Numbered from the stretch's first letter, positions 16,828 to 23,700 are shown. The stretch: 23,700 nt of DNA from an uncultured virus (IMG/VR IMGVR_UViG_3300014205_000203) (IMGVR_UViG_3300014205_000203); one strand, 5' to 3'. The notes: a model not told the origin generated them from the letters alone. Numbers and translations: made by a program.

Positions 16828-17466
16828 TTATTTTTTAAGTATGAAAATCATTTTTTCGTAGAAGTGGATAGACAGAATATCCTTTGCAAATTCCGGCACC
16901 AGTGTTTTATCCGGCAGGTATTCCAGATTAACGCAGTCCACCAGGTACTTAAAATAATTCATGGTTGAACTATTAGCTTCACCACGTAGATCAGCGCAGC
17001 CACCGTATTGCTCAATCTCCCAGTAGCTTGTCTGCGTGTCCTCAACAACGTACATTCCCTGACTTTTTAAAGTTGGGAAAAGAACGTTGAAGGAATTAAT
17101 AATATCGTGGCTGTTATGGCTGGCATCATCAATGATGATATCAGGGTTTATTTTTCGCAGCACATCGAATGTGAAAACATCTGGATTTACTTTAACAAAT
17201 TTTATCCGGCTGTCAAAACCATCTAAATTTTTATCGTAAATGTCAGAAACAAAAAGCTGTGCTGCAGGGTTAGTAAAATATGCTGCCCACATTTTCATTG
17301 AGCCGCCGCCTTTGTCTGGAAATTCGTAACCACCAAATCCCATTTCCAATAATGTTATGGGTTGATCTTTTAGCCGGTCAAAATACTGTTGGTAAATATC
17401 GCAGTAGTAATGATGGCCCCATTTGTCGGTTCCAAATTGAATTGCAAGTTCAGATAGTCTTTTCAT
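16828..17466 (-). CDS. Class I SAM-dependent methyltransferase, MycE/TylE-like sugar O-methyltransferase
   Basis: 'GTDKWGHHYY', 'LLEMGFGGY...GGGSMKMW', 'DIIIDDASH' and 'YVVEDTQTSYW' motifs. Confidence 0.85.
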   Translation of the reverse strand: MKRLSELAIQFGTDKWGHHYYCDIYQQYFDRLKDQPITLLEMGFGGYEFPDKGGGSMKMWAAYFTNPAAQLFVSDIYDKNLDGFDSRIKFVKVNPDVFTFDVLRKINPDIIIDDASHNSHDIINSFNVLFPTLKSQGMYVVEDTQTSYWEIEQYGGCADLRGEANSSTMNYFKYLVDCVNLEYLPDKTLVPEFAKDILSIHFYEKMIFILKK

Positions 17467-17472
17467 GTTTTT

Positions 17473-17961
17473 TTATTTTTGAGATATTTCTAAAAGCCAA
17501 AGCTGTAAAATTTCGTTTTTCTCTATGGTCGAAGGTTTTCTATGAGGGTAATAAACTTCGCAAATATGCGCTTGTTCGTCAGGGTGTATTTCACTCCACC
17601 ACTTACCAGATAAATCTTTACCAAATTTTTTATTTGCGCTTCTGAGGTTCAATGCAGATATGTAGGTATGGTTTGGTTTGGTTATTAACTTCTTCTTTAT
17701 TTCTTGTGTCAGTATAGCCTTACCAATAGTACGGAACTGTAAGTGAATATTTACCTGGGGACCAAAATCATTTATTTGGACATTAACTTCTTCATAAGTA
17801 GCTGGTGTTATATCGCCGGTGTCCATGTTTATTTCAAAAACAGTATGACCTTTCTTTGGTTTTATAGTCCACTTAACCTCCTGAAAGGCTTGCTGATTTT
17901 GTCCTACAATTACAACCTTGTCGGATTCGGTATCGGGGAGTATGCTTTTTTTATCGTTCAT
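17473..17961 (-). CDS. Hypothetical phage protein
   Basis: ORF track gives 17473..17997. ATG at 17961 (MNDKK) is preferred because it directly follows the upstream stop at 17964. Confidence 0.75.
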   Translation of the reverse strand: MNDKKSILPDTESDKVVIVGQNQQAFQEVKWTIKPKKGHTVFEINMDTGDITPATYEEVNVQINDFGPQVNIHLQFRTIGKAILTQEIKKKLITKPNHTYISALNLRSANKKFGKDLSGKWWSEIHPDEQAHICEVYYPHRKPSTIEKNEILQLWLLEISQK

Positions 17962-17963
17962 GC

Positions 17964-18233
17964 TTATATTTTTTTTACTACACAGGTTATAAAACAATTT
18001 GCATCCTGACCTGTAAGCATATCAAACTCGTTTGTCCAAAATGATTGCCGGGATTCAACAACGTAGTGTGCTACATCACCATTATCAAATCTTAGTTCCA
18101 CGTTTTTATCGGGTACACATTCGTCCAACAAATTGGCAAATTTATTTTTGTCAACTTTCAGAACCAGAGCATTTTTTCTTATCTGCGGCTTTGCCACATC
18201 AAAGAATACTGCATAATATTTTGCTTCACTCAT
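17964..18233 (-). CDS. Hypothetical phage protein
   Basis: 89 aa with an ATGA overlap to the upstream small ORF. Confidence 0.7.
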   Translation of the reverse strand: MSEAKYYAVFFDVAKPQIRKNALVLKVDKNKFANLLDECVPDKNVELRFDNGDVAHYVVESRQSFWTNEFDMLTGQDANCFITCVVKKI

Positions 18234-18400
18234 CGGTTAAAATAAATTGCTTTATCAATTTTGTTATCAAACTTTTCCAGTACGCCAATGGCATTTGAAG
18301 CCAATATCTGCAAAGGAGAAAGTTTTATTTTTTTTGGTGGCTCCGGCGTAGCAATAAGGATTGCTATTTTACGGTCCATCTTCGAAACTCTTTTTTTCAT
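18230..18400 (-). CDS. Small hypothetical protein (56 aa, not in the ORF track)
   Basis: Manual translation MKKRVSKMDRKIAILIATPEPPKKIKLSPLQILASNAIGVLEKFDNKIDKAIYFNR*; ATGA overlap with the next gene. Confidence 0.7.
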   Translation of the reverse strand: MKKRVSKMDRKIAILIATPEPPKKIKLSPLQILASNAIGVLEKFDNKIDKAIYFNR

Positions 18401-18406
18401 AACTCT

Positions 18407-18507
18407 AAAAAGGCAGGGGGCAGCATTAATCTATCATTTCTTATGCATGATTCACCCTCAAAGTTGCACAGGGATAAGATACTTTCGAGTGGCAACTACC
18501 CCCCACC
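18407..18507 (-). ncRNA. Candidate structured RNA or large terminator-like element
   Basis: On the - strand GGUGGGGGGUAGU pairs with GCUGCCCCCUGCC (13 bp including 4 G-U), encloses ~70 nt with internal complementarity and is followed by UUUUU. It fills almost the whole intergenic gap. Confidence 0.5.
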
Positions 18508-18509
18508 AC

Positions 18510-18776
18510 TTATTTTTTAGCGTATTCCTTTAAAGCCCATGCATACAGTTCGGAAATTACATTGTCCGGTGTAAGCTGGCTGTACATCGAATATGATGCA
18601 TTGTCTTTCAGTAATTTTAAAAAGGTAAGAAGATCCTTTGTTGAAATAATTTTTACACTGTCTGCCGGTGCAATAATCTTAGCGGCAGAAGGTGCTTTTG
18701 CAACTGTGTCTTTCTTAGCCTGGGCATTTACTGAAAGGGAAAACGCCATCAATAAAATAAATAATCCTGTTTTCAT
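18510..18776 (-). CDS. Small secreted protein with Sec signal peptide
   Basis: 'MKTGLFILLMAFSLSVNA|QAKK': n/h/c regions with a V-N-A cleavage site and Gln at +1, typical of Bacteroidota. Confidence 0.8.
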   Translation of the reverse strand: MKTGLFILLMAFSLSVNAQAKKDTVAKAPSAAKIIAPADSVKIISTKDLLTFLKLLKDNASYSMYSQLTPDNVISELYAWALKEYAKK

Positions 18777-19216
18777 GTTTCTTCGTTTTTTGGTTCAAAT
18801 AAATCGTTCTGTATAATTCGTTTACCGTGTGCCGTTGAATTTATAAGCAAACTTGCAAAATCAGCTGCAGTAGTTTTTTCAATTCGTTCCGGTGGTTTAA
18901 TGTGTGCATATTCTCCACGCCTTGAACTTAGTGCATAAACCATTGCAGGGTTTCCGTCCGGTGAATTTCTGCGAATACCGGTATCAAAAATAACATCATC
19001 ATCGATCAATTCACTAATTCGTTTCCACACCTGGTCAGGTTTTAATTTTTTTATGTTCAGTTCCGGTGGCTGTTCGGTTGCATCTGCAATTTCCCAGCTT
19101 GTACCATCTTTTATTTTATTCAGAGCCGTCAAGATCTTCCGATAATGGCTTTCCCTTGCGCCGGGTTGCATTATTTTTTCGTAAGAAAGTTTTGAAGTAT
19201 CTGATTGCTCTTTCAT
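18773..19216 (-). CDS. Winged-helix DNA-binding protein
   Basis: 'KILTALNKIKDGTSWEIADAT...QVWKRISELIDDDVIFDTGIRR...AMVY'. ATG at 19216 forms an ATGA overlap with the PolX stop. Confidence 0.75.
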   Translation of the reverse strand: MKEQSDTSKLSYEKIMQPGARESHYRKILTALNKIKDGTSWEIADATEQPPELNIKKLKPDQVWKRISELIDDDVIFDTGIRRNSPDGNPAMVYALSSRRGEYAHIKPPERIEKTTAADFASLLINSTAHGKRIIQNDLFEPKNEET

Positions 19217-19755
19217 TGCGGCCACTTCCTGTTTTTGGGTTCACAATATCGAATACCAATCCGGTTAAACAAATCAATTTCTTCCCGAACTTCATAAGTC
19301 TTGCTTCCTTGCTTTAAAAATCCACCTTCACTTCTATACCCTTTTGCTGTCCATCCCTTCGCTAAAACATGATGGCTGTAATCAGCACTTCCAGTTCTTA
19401 TGGCAAGGATGCTTCCCCAGTTTCCAACTTCGGCTATAAACAAATCAAGTGTAACTGTTTTTCCTTTTACACCAACAATTTCTTCCGGCAAAATTCTTTG
19501 AGTGTATTTTGTTTTCCCGTACTCCAATTCCCCTTTAACTTTTTGCCAGAGGTTAACTACCGATGCAAGTCCGCTGGTAAATAATCCGGTTTCATAAGGT
19601 TTGGGGATAATAACAATTTCAATATCACCAATGATCTCACACTCCCGACGAATACTACCAGCAATTTCAATTCGTAAACAATGGGGCCGAAGAAGTTCTA
19701 CAACTTTTTCTGCAATACCCTTTGCTGTCATTAAAAACATTCTACTCTTGCTCAT
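19213..19755 (-). CDS. Minimal X-family DNA polymerase (Pol beta-like palm + thumb)
   Basis: 'IAGSIRR..IGDIEIV', 'LDLF', 'RTGSADY' and 'EEIDLFNRIGIRYCEPKNR' are PolX motifs; only 180 aa. Confidence 0.9.
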   Translation of the reverse strand: MSKSRMFLMTAKGIAEKVVELLRPHCLRIEIAGSIRRECEIIGDIEIVIIPKPYETGLFTSGLASVVNLWQKVKGELEYGKTKYTQRILPEEIVGVKGKTVTLDLFIAEVGNWGSILAIRTGSADYSHHVLAKGWTAKGYRSEGGFLKQGSKTYEVREEIDLFNRIGIRYCEPKNRKWPQ

Positions 19756-20686
19756 TTTCTTTAGCTTCTTTTACGTAAACAGTTCTGCGGCCATCATCCC
19801 TTAATTCTTTGAAGTAAAAAACAACAGCCGTTTGCTTTGATTGAATATCAACAGCAATATCCACCCCGTTTCTCAACTTATGTAATTCGGAATCTATGGC
19901 GAGATGATTATCATAATGCTTTTCGATTATCCTACCTTTTTTTCCTTTGCGAACAACAGATGGCATAAGTTTTTCTCTCTGTTTTATTGCCAACAATTCG
20001 TTCCTTACATTTTTTTCAAACCGTTTGTGAATATCTTCATTCAATGCGCCATCCTTTACAAGTTGATGATAAAATTTATAATCCATCAATTTATAATTCC
20101 ATTTTGGGTCATTAAGAAAAGCAGTGAACGCCCGGTTAATATCAATCCGTCTTTCGTTTTCATCGTGTTCATCCCAGTCTTTCACAATTTTTTGTTCCAG
20201 CAATTCTGGTGGCTTAACCACATTGATCATTCCTTCGGTATTGTTGATGTACCACTCTTTGTATTTGCAGTATGCAGCAAGCACCTGCCCAATAAATTCA
20301 CAATTAATTTTTTTGTTTTTGTATTGCTTTATAATTTCTTTGTTGCTATCATTTACAAATTTTCCATGCAGGTTATAATGAAAAGCGGTTGTTAGTTCCT
20401 GTATGGTAAGATGGCTAAAGCCCTCATAAATAAATTTTGCTATTATTCGCATTTGAGCAACATACATTGCTTGCTGGGAAACTTCATCATAAGTTTCCAG
20501 ACCGTTGAGAATACAAATTTCGGCGACGACTAAATTTAAAGCGTCTTTGTAATTGTCCTCCGAAAGTGAAGCTATCTTATCGCCAAACCAGGTAGCGACA
20601 AGTTTCCTTTCATCACCACTTACGTTTGGACAATAAACCTGTAACCGATCGTTCAACGGCATCTGAACTTGCGGGAGTAATGACAT
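19742..20686 (-). CDS. Hypothetical protein, possible helicase loader or initiator partner
   Basis: 314 aa, helical, directly downstream of the putative initiator. The function is inferred from position only. Confidence 0.6.
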   Translation of the reverse strand: MSLLPQVQMPLNDRLQVYCPNVSGDERKLVATWFGDKIASLSEDNYKDALNLVVAEICILNGLETYDEVSQQAMYVAQMRIIAKFIYEGFSHLTIQELTTAFHYNLHGKFVNDSNKEIIKQYKNKKINCEFIGQVLAAYCKYKEWYINNTEGMINVVKPPELLEQKIVKDWDEHDENERRIDINRAFTAFLNDPKWNYKLMDYKFYHQLVKDGALNEDIHKRFEKNVRNELLAIKQREKLMPSVVRKGKKGRIIEKHYDNHLAIDSELHKLRNGVDIAVDIQSKQTAVVFYFKELRDDGRRTVYVKEAKENEQE

Positions 20687-21398
20687 TGTTTATTTTTTGT
20701 TTTGGAATCCATCTTTTGAAATGCAGCCAAATTTTATCCTCTCCCTGATACCATTCGGTTGAGGATTTTTGAGTTTCGCAAAATTGGATGAATAAATTAT
20801 CAATATGTTCAGGAGTAACAGTTATGCCGGAGCCAAACTGCGACCTGTGTAAAATTTCAAAACAGCTTTTTTGTAAATCTTCGGTAAAGAGTAATTCAAA
20901 TTCAGAAAATTTGCCTCCTTTAATTTGACCATTACCATTACCTTGACCATTACCATTACCATAGGGGCTTTCAAGCCCCTTCGAAGCCCCTTTGTTTACT
21001 AAAAATAAAATCCCTGATGATCTGTATTTTTCAGGGATTAAATTTCTGTCTTTAGCCTCACACAAAAAACCTAAGTTGTTGAGTTCTAAAATTATTTTAT
21101 TGTGCGACTTGTTCCAACTTTGTAAACCAGACGGGTATTGATGTTCAATGAAATCTGGAAAGAAAAATCTTCCATTTCCCATATCAATAGCTTTGCCTTT
21201 TTCTATAAAAAATGTGGTAAACTTTTCGGCAGGAATATCAAAACCAATATACATGCTGGCGGCCTGTAAATCAAGGGGCCAAACACCGGAAGGAGTGCAA
21301 TCACAAATGATGAAGCTATAAAGGGCCTTCAAAGGGCCTTCTAAGGACCTTACGTATGGACTTTTATAAAAATTGTTGTCTAAAAAGCGATTAGCCAT
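20613..21398 (-). CDS. Putative phage replication initiator (lambda O/DnaD-like architecture)
   Basis: The N-terminus 'MANRFLDNNFYKSPYVRSL...KALYSFIICDC..SGVW' is wHTH-like. A low-complexity linker (GNGNGQ x2) carries DNA repeats, and the C-terminus reads 'HFKRWI'. It lies downstream of a Cro-like gene; ATG at 21398 is preferred. Confidence 0.7.
   Translation of the reverse strand: MANRFLDNNFYKSPYVRSLEGPLKALYSFIICDCTPSGVWPLDLQAASMYIGFDIPAEKFTTFFIEKGKAIDMGNGRFFFPDFIEHQYPSGLQSWNKSHNKIILELNNLGFLCEAKDRNLIPEKYRSSGILFLVNKGASKGLESPYGNGNGQGNGNGQIKGGKFSEFELLFTEDLQKSCFEILHRSQFGSGITVTPEHIDNLFIQFCETQKSSTEWYQGEDKIWLHFKRWIPKQKINNVITPASSDAVERSVTGLLSKRKW
20925..20960. repeat. 18-bp perfect tandem duplication (TTGACCATTACCATTACC x2)
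   Basis: Read directly from the sequence; encodes GNGNGQ x2 in the initiator linker. Confidence 0.9.
20962..20994. repeat. Iteron-like 11-bp repeat cluster A
   Basis: TAGGGGCTTTC AAGCCCCTTCG AAGCCCCTTTG, including the inverted pair AGGGGCTT-TC-AAGCCCCT. Confidence 0.7.
21321..21352. repeat. Iteron-like 11-bp repeat cluster B
   Basis: AAGGGCCTTCA AAGGGCCTTCT AAGGACCTTA; each unit is an AAGGnCCTT palindrome. Confidence 0.7.
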
Positions 21399-21407
21399 TA
21401 TTAGCAA

Positions 21408-21647
21408 TTAAGCAGTTGTGGTTTCCTCTGGAACGTCCAGTGTAAATTCGGATTTTAAGGCATGATTTATCAAATTAAGCCTTTCCTGGGTTAATTCAAC
21501 AGTATTTTGTACAAATATCCCGTAAATAGTACCATACGGAATATCAGTTTTTCTACTAAGCCATGCCCAGTCACGTTCTTCTTGCTTAAATAAATGGGTG
21601 GTGATTTGCTCTTTACAGGTTAATTTTTCTGTTTTTTCGTCCTTCAT
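21408..21647 (-). CDS. Cro/XRE-like HTH protein
   Basis: 'DWAWLSRKTDIPYGTIYGIF...LTQERLNLINHAL'. ATG at 21647 is preferred because it lies downstream of the predicted promoter. Confidence 0.75.
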   Translation of the reverse strand: MKDEKTEKLTCKEQITTHLFKQEERDWAWLSRKTDIPYGTIYGIFVQNTVELTQERLNLINHALKSEFTLDVPEETTTA

Positions 21648-21686
21648 TATGAAAGTATTTTGTAAGAAATAAGAGTAATTATGAAA

Positions 21687-21694
21687 CAAACCTA
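21687..21694 (-). promoter_or_regulatory. Bacteroidota -7 promoter element (leftward)
   Basis: TAGGTTTG on the - strand fits TAnnTTTG. Confidence 0.55.
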
Positions 21695-21748
21695 AAAATT
21701 AAAATTCGTATTTAAAAATATTTTTTTAGAGATTTTAACAAATAATAT

Positions 21749-21756
21749 TACTTTTG
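21749..21756 (+). promoter_or_regulatory. Bacteroidota -7 promoter element (rightward), possibly giving a leaderless mRNA
   Basis: TACTTTTG fits TAnnTTTG and ends 4 nt before the ATG at 21761. Confidence 0.55.
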
Positions 21757-21760
21757 ATTC

Positions 21761-21994
21761 ATGAGAAAAGCAAAAGACACCTTCAAAAAAGAAAAAAATC
21801 TGCTAAAAAATCCATTGATAAATAAAGCTGAAATATGCCGCCTACTGGATATTAGCAGCGGATTGTTCTCTGATAAGTTAAACGAAAAAAACGGAGCCAG
21901 ATTTACCGATGCTCAGAGAAAAATAATTTTGAGAGAACTAAAAAAACTAACCAAAAAACTGACTAATGGGTTATATCCAAAGAAAAAAGTGTAA
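21761..21994 (+). CDS. Small HTH DNA-binding protein
   Basis: 'INKAEICRLLDISSGLFSDKLNEKNGARFT' HTH. Confidence 0.8.
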   Translation: MRKAKDTFKKEKNLLKNPLINKAEICRLLDISSGLFSDKLNEKNGARFTDAQRKIILRELKKLTKKLTNGLYPKKKV

Positions 21995-22583
21995 ATGCCA
22001 TCTCGGTTGTAAGCTATGGCCCACTGCTGGTTATGGCGGTTACAATATGGACCATCATCCTGACCCAACATTAAAGGATAAAAAATTTCAGGAAGCTATT
22101 GACCGGAAGAACAAGAGAACTGCAGCCGCAAATGCTGGCAATAAGCTGCGCCGGACAATATCTACCGACAATAAGCTGGTAGATAATGAAGCTGCCAAAG
22201 CTTTTGAAAAACAGCAACTATGGTTTGAGGATATTAAAAGAAGGGAAGAACCGAAGTGCTGGGAAACCGGCGACTGGATTCCGGCAAAATATATGAGGGC
22301 AGCTAGAGCACACATTCTTCCGAAAAAAGATAACATCGGTGGCTTTCCATCAGTAGCTACCCATCCTTTAAACTATCTTATACTTAGTTCGCTGAATGGT
22401 AGCCATGATAAAACACATACCTGGTCAAAGTTTCAGACAATGAAAGTCTGGCCGCTGGCCGTGGAAAGGTTTAAGAAGATCTATCCATACATTGCCCAGG
22501 CTGAAAGAAAATATTTGCCGGATTGTCTTCTGCAGGAGTTGACACCAGCAGAAGCCAGTGTGTTTAAAACAAAAGATTATTAA
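21966..22583 (+). CDS. HNH-like (NinG/Ref-like) nuclease-domain protein
   Basis: 'CWETG...AHILPK..FPSVATHPLNYLIL...H' is a degenerate beta-beta-alpha-Me pattern; there is also an N-terminal CKC...C. Confidence 0.6.
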   Translation: MGYIQRKKCKCHLGCKLWPTAGYGGYNMDHHPDPTLKDKKFQEAIDRKNKRTAAANAGNKLRRTISTDNKLVDNEAAKAFEKQQLWFEDIKRREEPKCWETGDWIPAKYMRAARAHILPKKDNIGGFPSVATHPLNYLILSSLNGSHDKTHTWSKFQTMKVWPLAVERFKKIYPYIAQAERKYLPDCLLQELTPAEASVFKTKDY

Positions 22584-22584
22584 A

Positions 22585-23133
22585 ATGAGCAGAGTAATTA
22601 TATTCAGCAGGAACTTTCCAGTAAACCATCCACGCAAAGGGCAACCTACATTTTTTGTAGATAAACTTTGGGAATCAATTAAGCCTTCCGTTGAAGTTAT
22701 GGCACTATATTATTCCAAAGCTAATGGAGTGCAATATATCCATGACCCAAAAGGAAAAGGTAAATATCCACCCACTCCTTTTGAACCAAAACATCATACA
22801 ATACGTGCCGGTAATCGCTGGAAAGTAGGAGATAAATTTTCTCCCCGTGTTTGGAGTGGTAAACCTTATGCAAGTAAGCAGATAATTATTGCTCCAGATA
22901 TTGAATTAAAAAAGGTTTGGGATGTTCATATAGAATTTATCGGTAGCAATATTCATGTAATGATACCAAAGGATAGTAGAACTGATGAATATTTTTTAAT
23001 CAGTGCAGGAGATGTAGCAAAGAATGATGGATTAGATGTACATGATTTTATTGAATGGTTTAAAATACACCCAAAGAAAAAAAAGAAATTTATTGGTCAA
23101 ATACTTTGCTGGAATGATGAAATTAAATACTAA
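22585..23133 (+). CDS. ASCH/PUA-like domain protein
   Basis: 'KHHTIRAGNRWKVGD...AKNDGL..DFIEWF' resembles the ASCH K.xTIR...A..DG pattern; ATG at 22585 follows the upstream stop. Confidence 0.6.
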   Translation: MSRVIIFSRNFPVNHPRKGQPTFFVDKLWESIKPSVEVMALYYSKANGVQYIHDPKGKGKYPPTPFEPKHHTIRAGNRWKVGDKFSPRVWSGKPYASKQIIIAPDIELKKVWDVHIEFIGSNIHVMIPKDSRTDEYFLISAGDVAKNDGLDVHDFIEWFKIHPKKKKKFIGQILCWNDEIKY

Positions 23134-23504
23134 ACATTGTGCCGATTTTTCCACGCCTCTTTAATTTTTTCATCGGCAGCAGCTTTCTTTTTTAACCAGT
23201 CAATTGCTTCAAATTTATTCTTTGGTTTATCCTGCATCCGATATTCGGTAAAGTTCTCAATGATCAAAAATTTGGCATCCCCAAAGTCATATTTTTTAGG
23301 TTCATCGAAGCCCCTTAGAAGGTCCAATTTTTTTATTGGGATATCAGTTTGTACTTTTATTTTACCCTGCTTTACTTTAAATTTTTCAGGACTGCCCAGG
23401 TCGTTTTCCGTCAGCTTATTCAGAATTTTTTGAGGGGTTAAGGTTGGGTACTTTGCTAAAATTCTATCATCGAATCTTACCCCGATCGGTTTACTTTTCG
23501 CCAT
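23130..23504 (-). CDS. Hypothetical protein with ribbon-helix-helix-like N-terminus
   Basis: 'MAKSKPIGVRFDDRIL' is an alternating beta strand followed by a helix; palindromes lie directly upstream. Confidence 0.6.
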   Translation of the reverse strand: MAKSKPIGVRFDDRILAKYPTLTPQKILNKLTENDLGSPEKFKVKQGKIKVQTDIPIKKLDLLRGFDEPKKYDFGDAKFLIIENFTEYRMQDKPKNKFEAIDWLKKKAAADEKIKEAWKNRHNV

Positions 23505-23523
23505 AATTTACAGTGTAGTTAAT

Positions 23524-23564
23524 TTGTAGCTACAAGATACGATTATATATGAAATGTAGCTACA
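23524..23564. promoter_or_regulatory. Two TGTAGCTACA palindromes, putative operators
   Basis: TTGTAGCTACAA (23524-23535, perfect 12-bp palindrome) and TGTAGCTACA (23555-23564); the two cores are 30 bp apart. Confidence 0.7.
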
Positions 23565-23700
23565 AATTTTAAACCTACTTAAATATTTCTCCTACTCTAT
23601 GCACCTACACAATTCCCCATCATCCAATGCACCCACAACAGCCAGCCATCGAACCGGTTTGCAATCCACGAACAGCGAACCAACGCAACATTACCCATGT

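Noticed and set aside
14631..17466. Host chromosomal LPS/capsule locus
   Set aside because: There are no wzx/wzy or nucleotide-sugar synthesis genes, and the cassette is embedded among phage-type genes on both sides.
18412..18507. Possible tRNA
   Set aside because: No GTTCRA T-loop, D-loop GG pattern or cloverleaf was found; kept only as a generic structured RNA candidate.
3082..20395. Many alternative-frame and + strand ORFs overlapping the - strand genes (e.g. 6490..6828, 8710..9093, 19904..20395)
   Set aside because: They overlap better-supported genes and have the F/I/S-rich composition typical of antisense frames. Only 14465..14677 was kept, because it has an HTH motif and a promoter.
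20925..21352. CRISPR array or diversity-generating retroelement repeats
   Set aside because: The repeats are 11-18 bp, contiguous and spacer-less, and lie inside a CDS. There is no cas or reverse transcriptase gene in the window.
1..23700. Stop-codon reassignment as seen in some crAss-like phages
   Set aside because: Genes tile the window densely under code 11. TAG and TGA both end full-length genes, TGA is often in ATGA overlaps, and read-through of the parB TAG gives only a short, unconvincing extension.

Overview
This AT-rich window is part of a dsDNA phage (or prophage) genome, most likely infecting a Bacteroidota host. The host inference rests on TAnnTTTG -7 promoter elements, A-rich translation starts, a Bacteroidota-style signal peptide and a SusC-like Ig domain in a virion protein. 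It opens with the 3' part of a large + strand structural gene (stabilization/tail-nozzle-like), which ends at a long hairpin. About 18.7 kb of tightly coupled - strand genes converge on that hairpin. They include a replication initiator with internal 11-bp iteron-like repeats, a minimal PolX, a glycan cassette (MycE/TylE-like sugar O-methyltransferase, GT11::GT2/GT7 fusion, GT25), a PD-(D/E)XK nuclease with an SNF2 helicase, a tandem GroES-like protein, DUF1643, two ParB-like proteins, a KTSC fusion and many hypotheticals. Two divergent promoter regions with small HTH genes, an RHH-like gene with palindromic operators and two structured intergenic RNA candidates are also visible. I found no integrase, tRNA, rRNA or CRISPR array. 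All product calls come from recognising motifs by eye, not from database searches.
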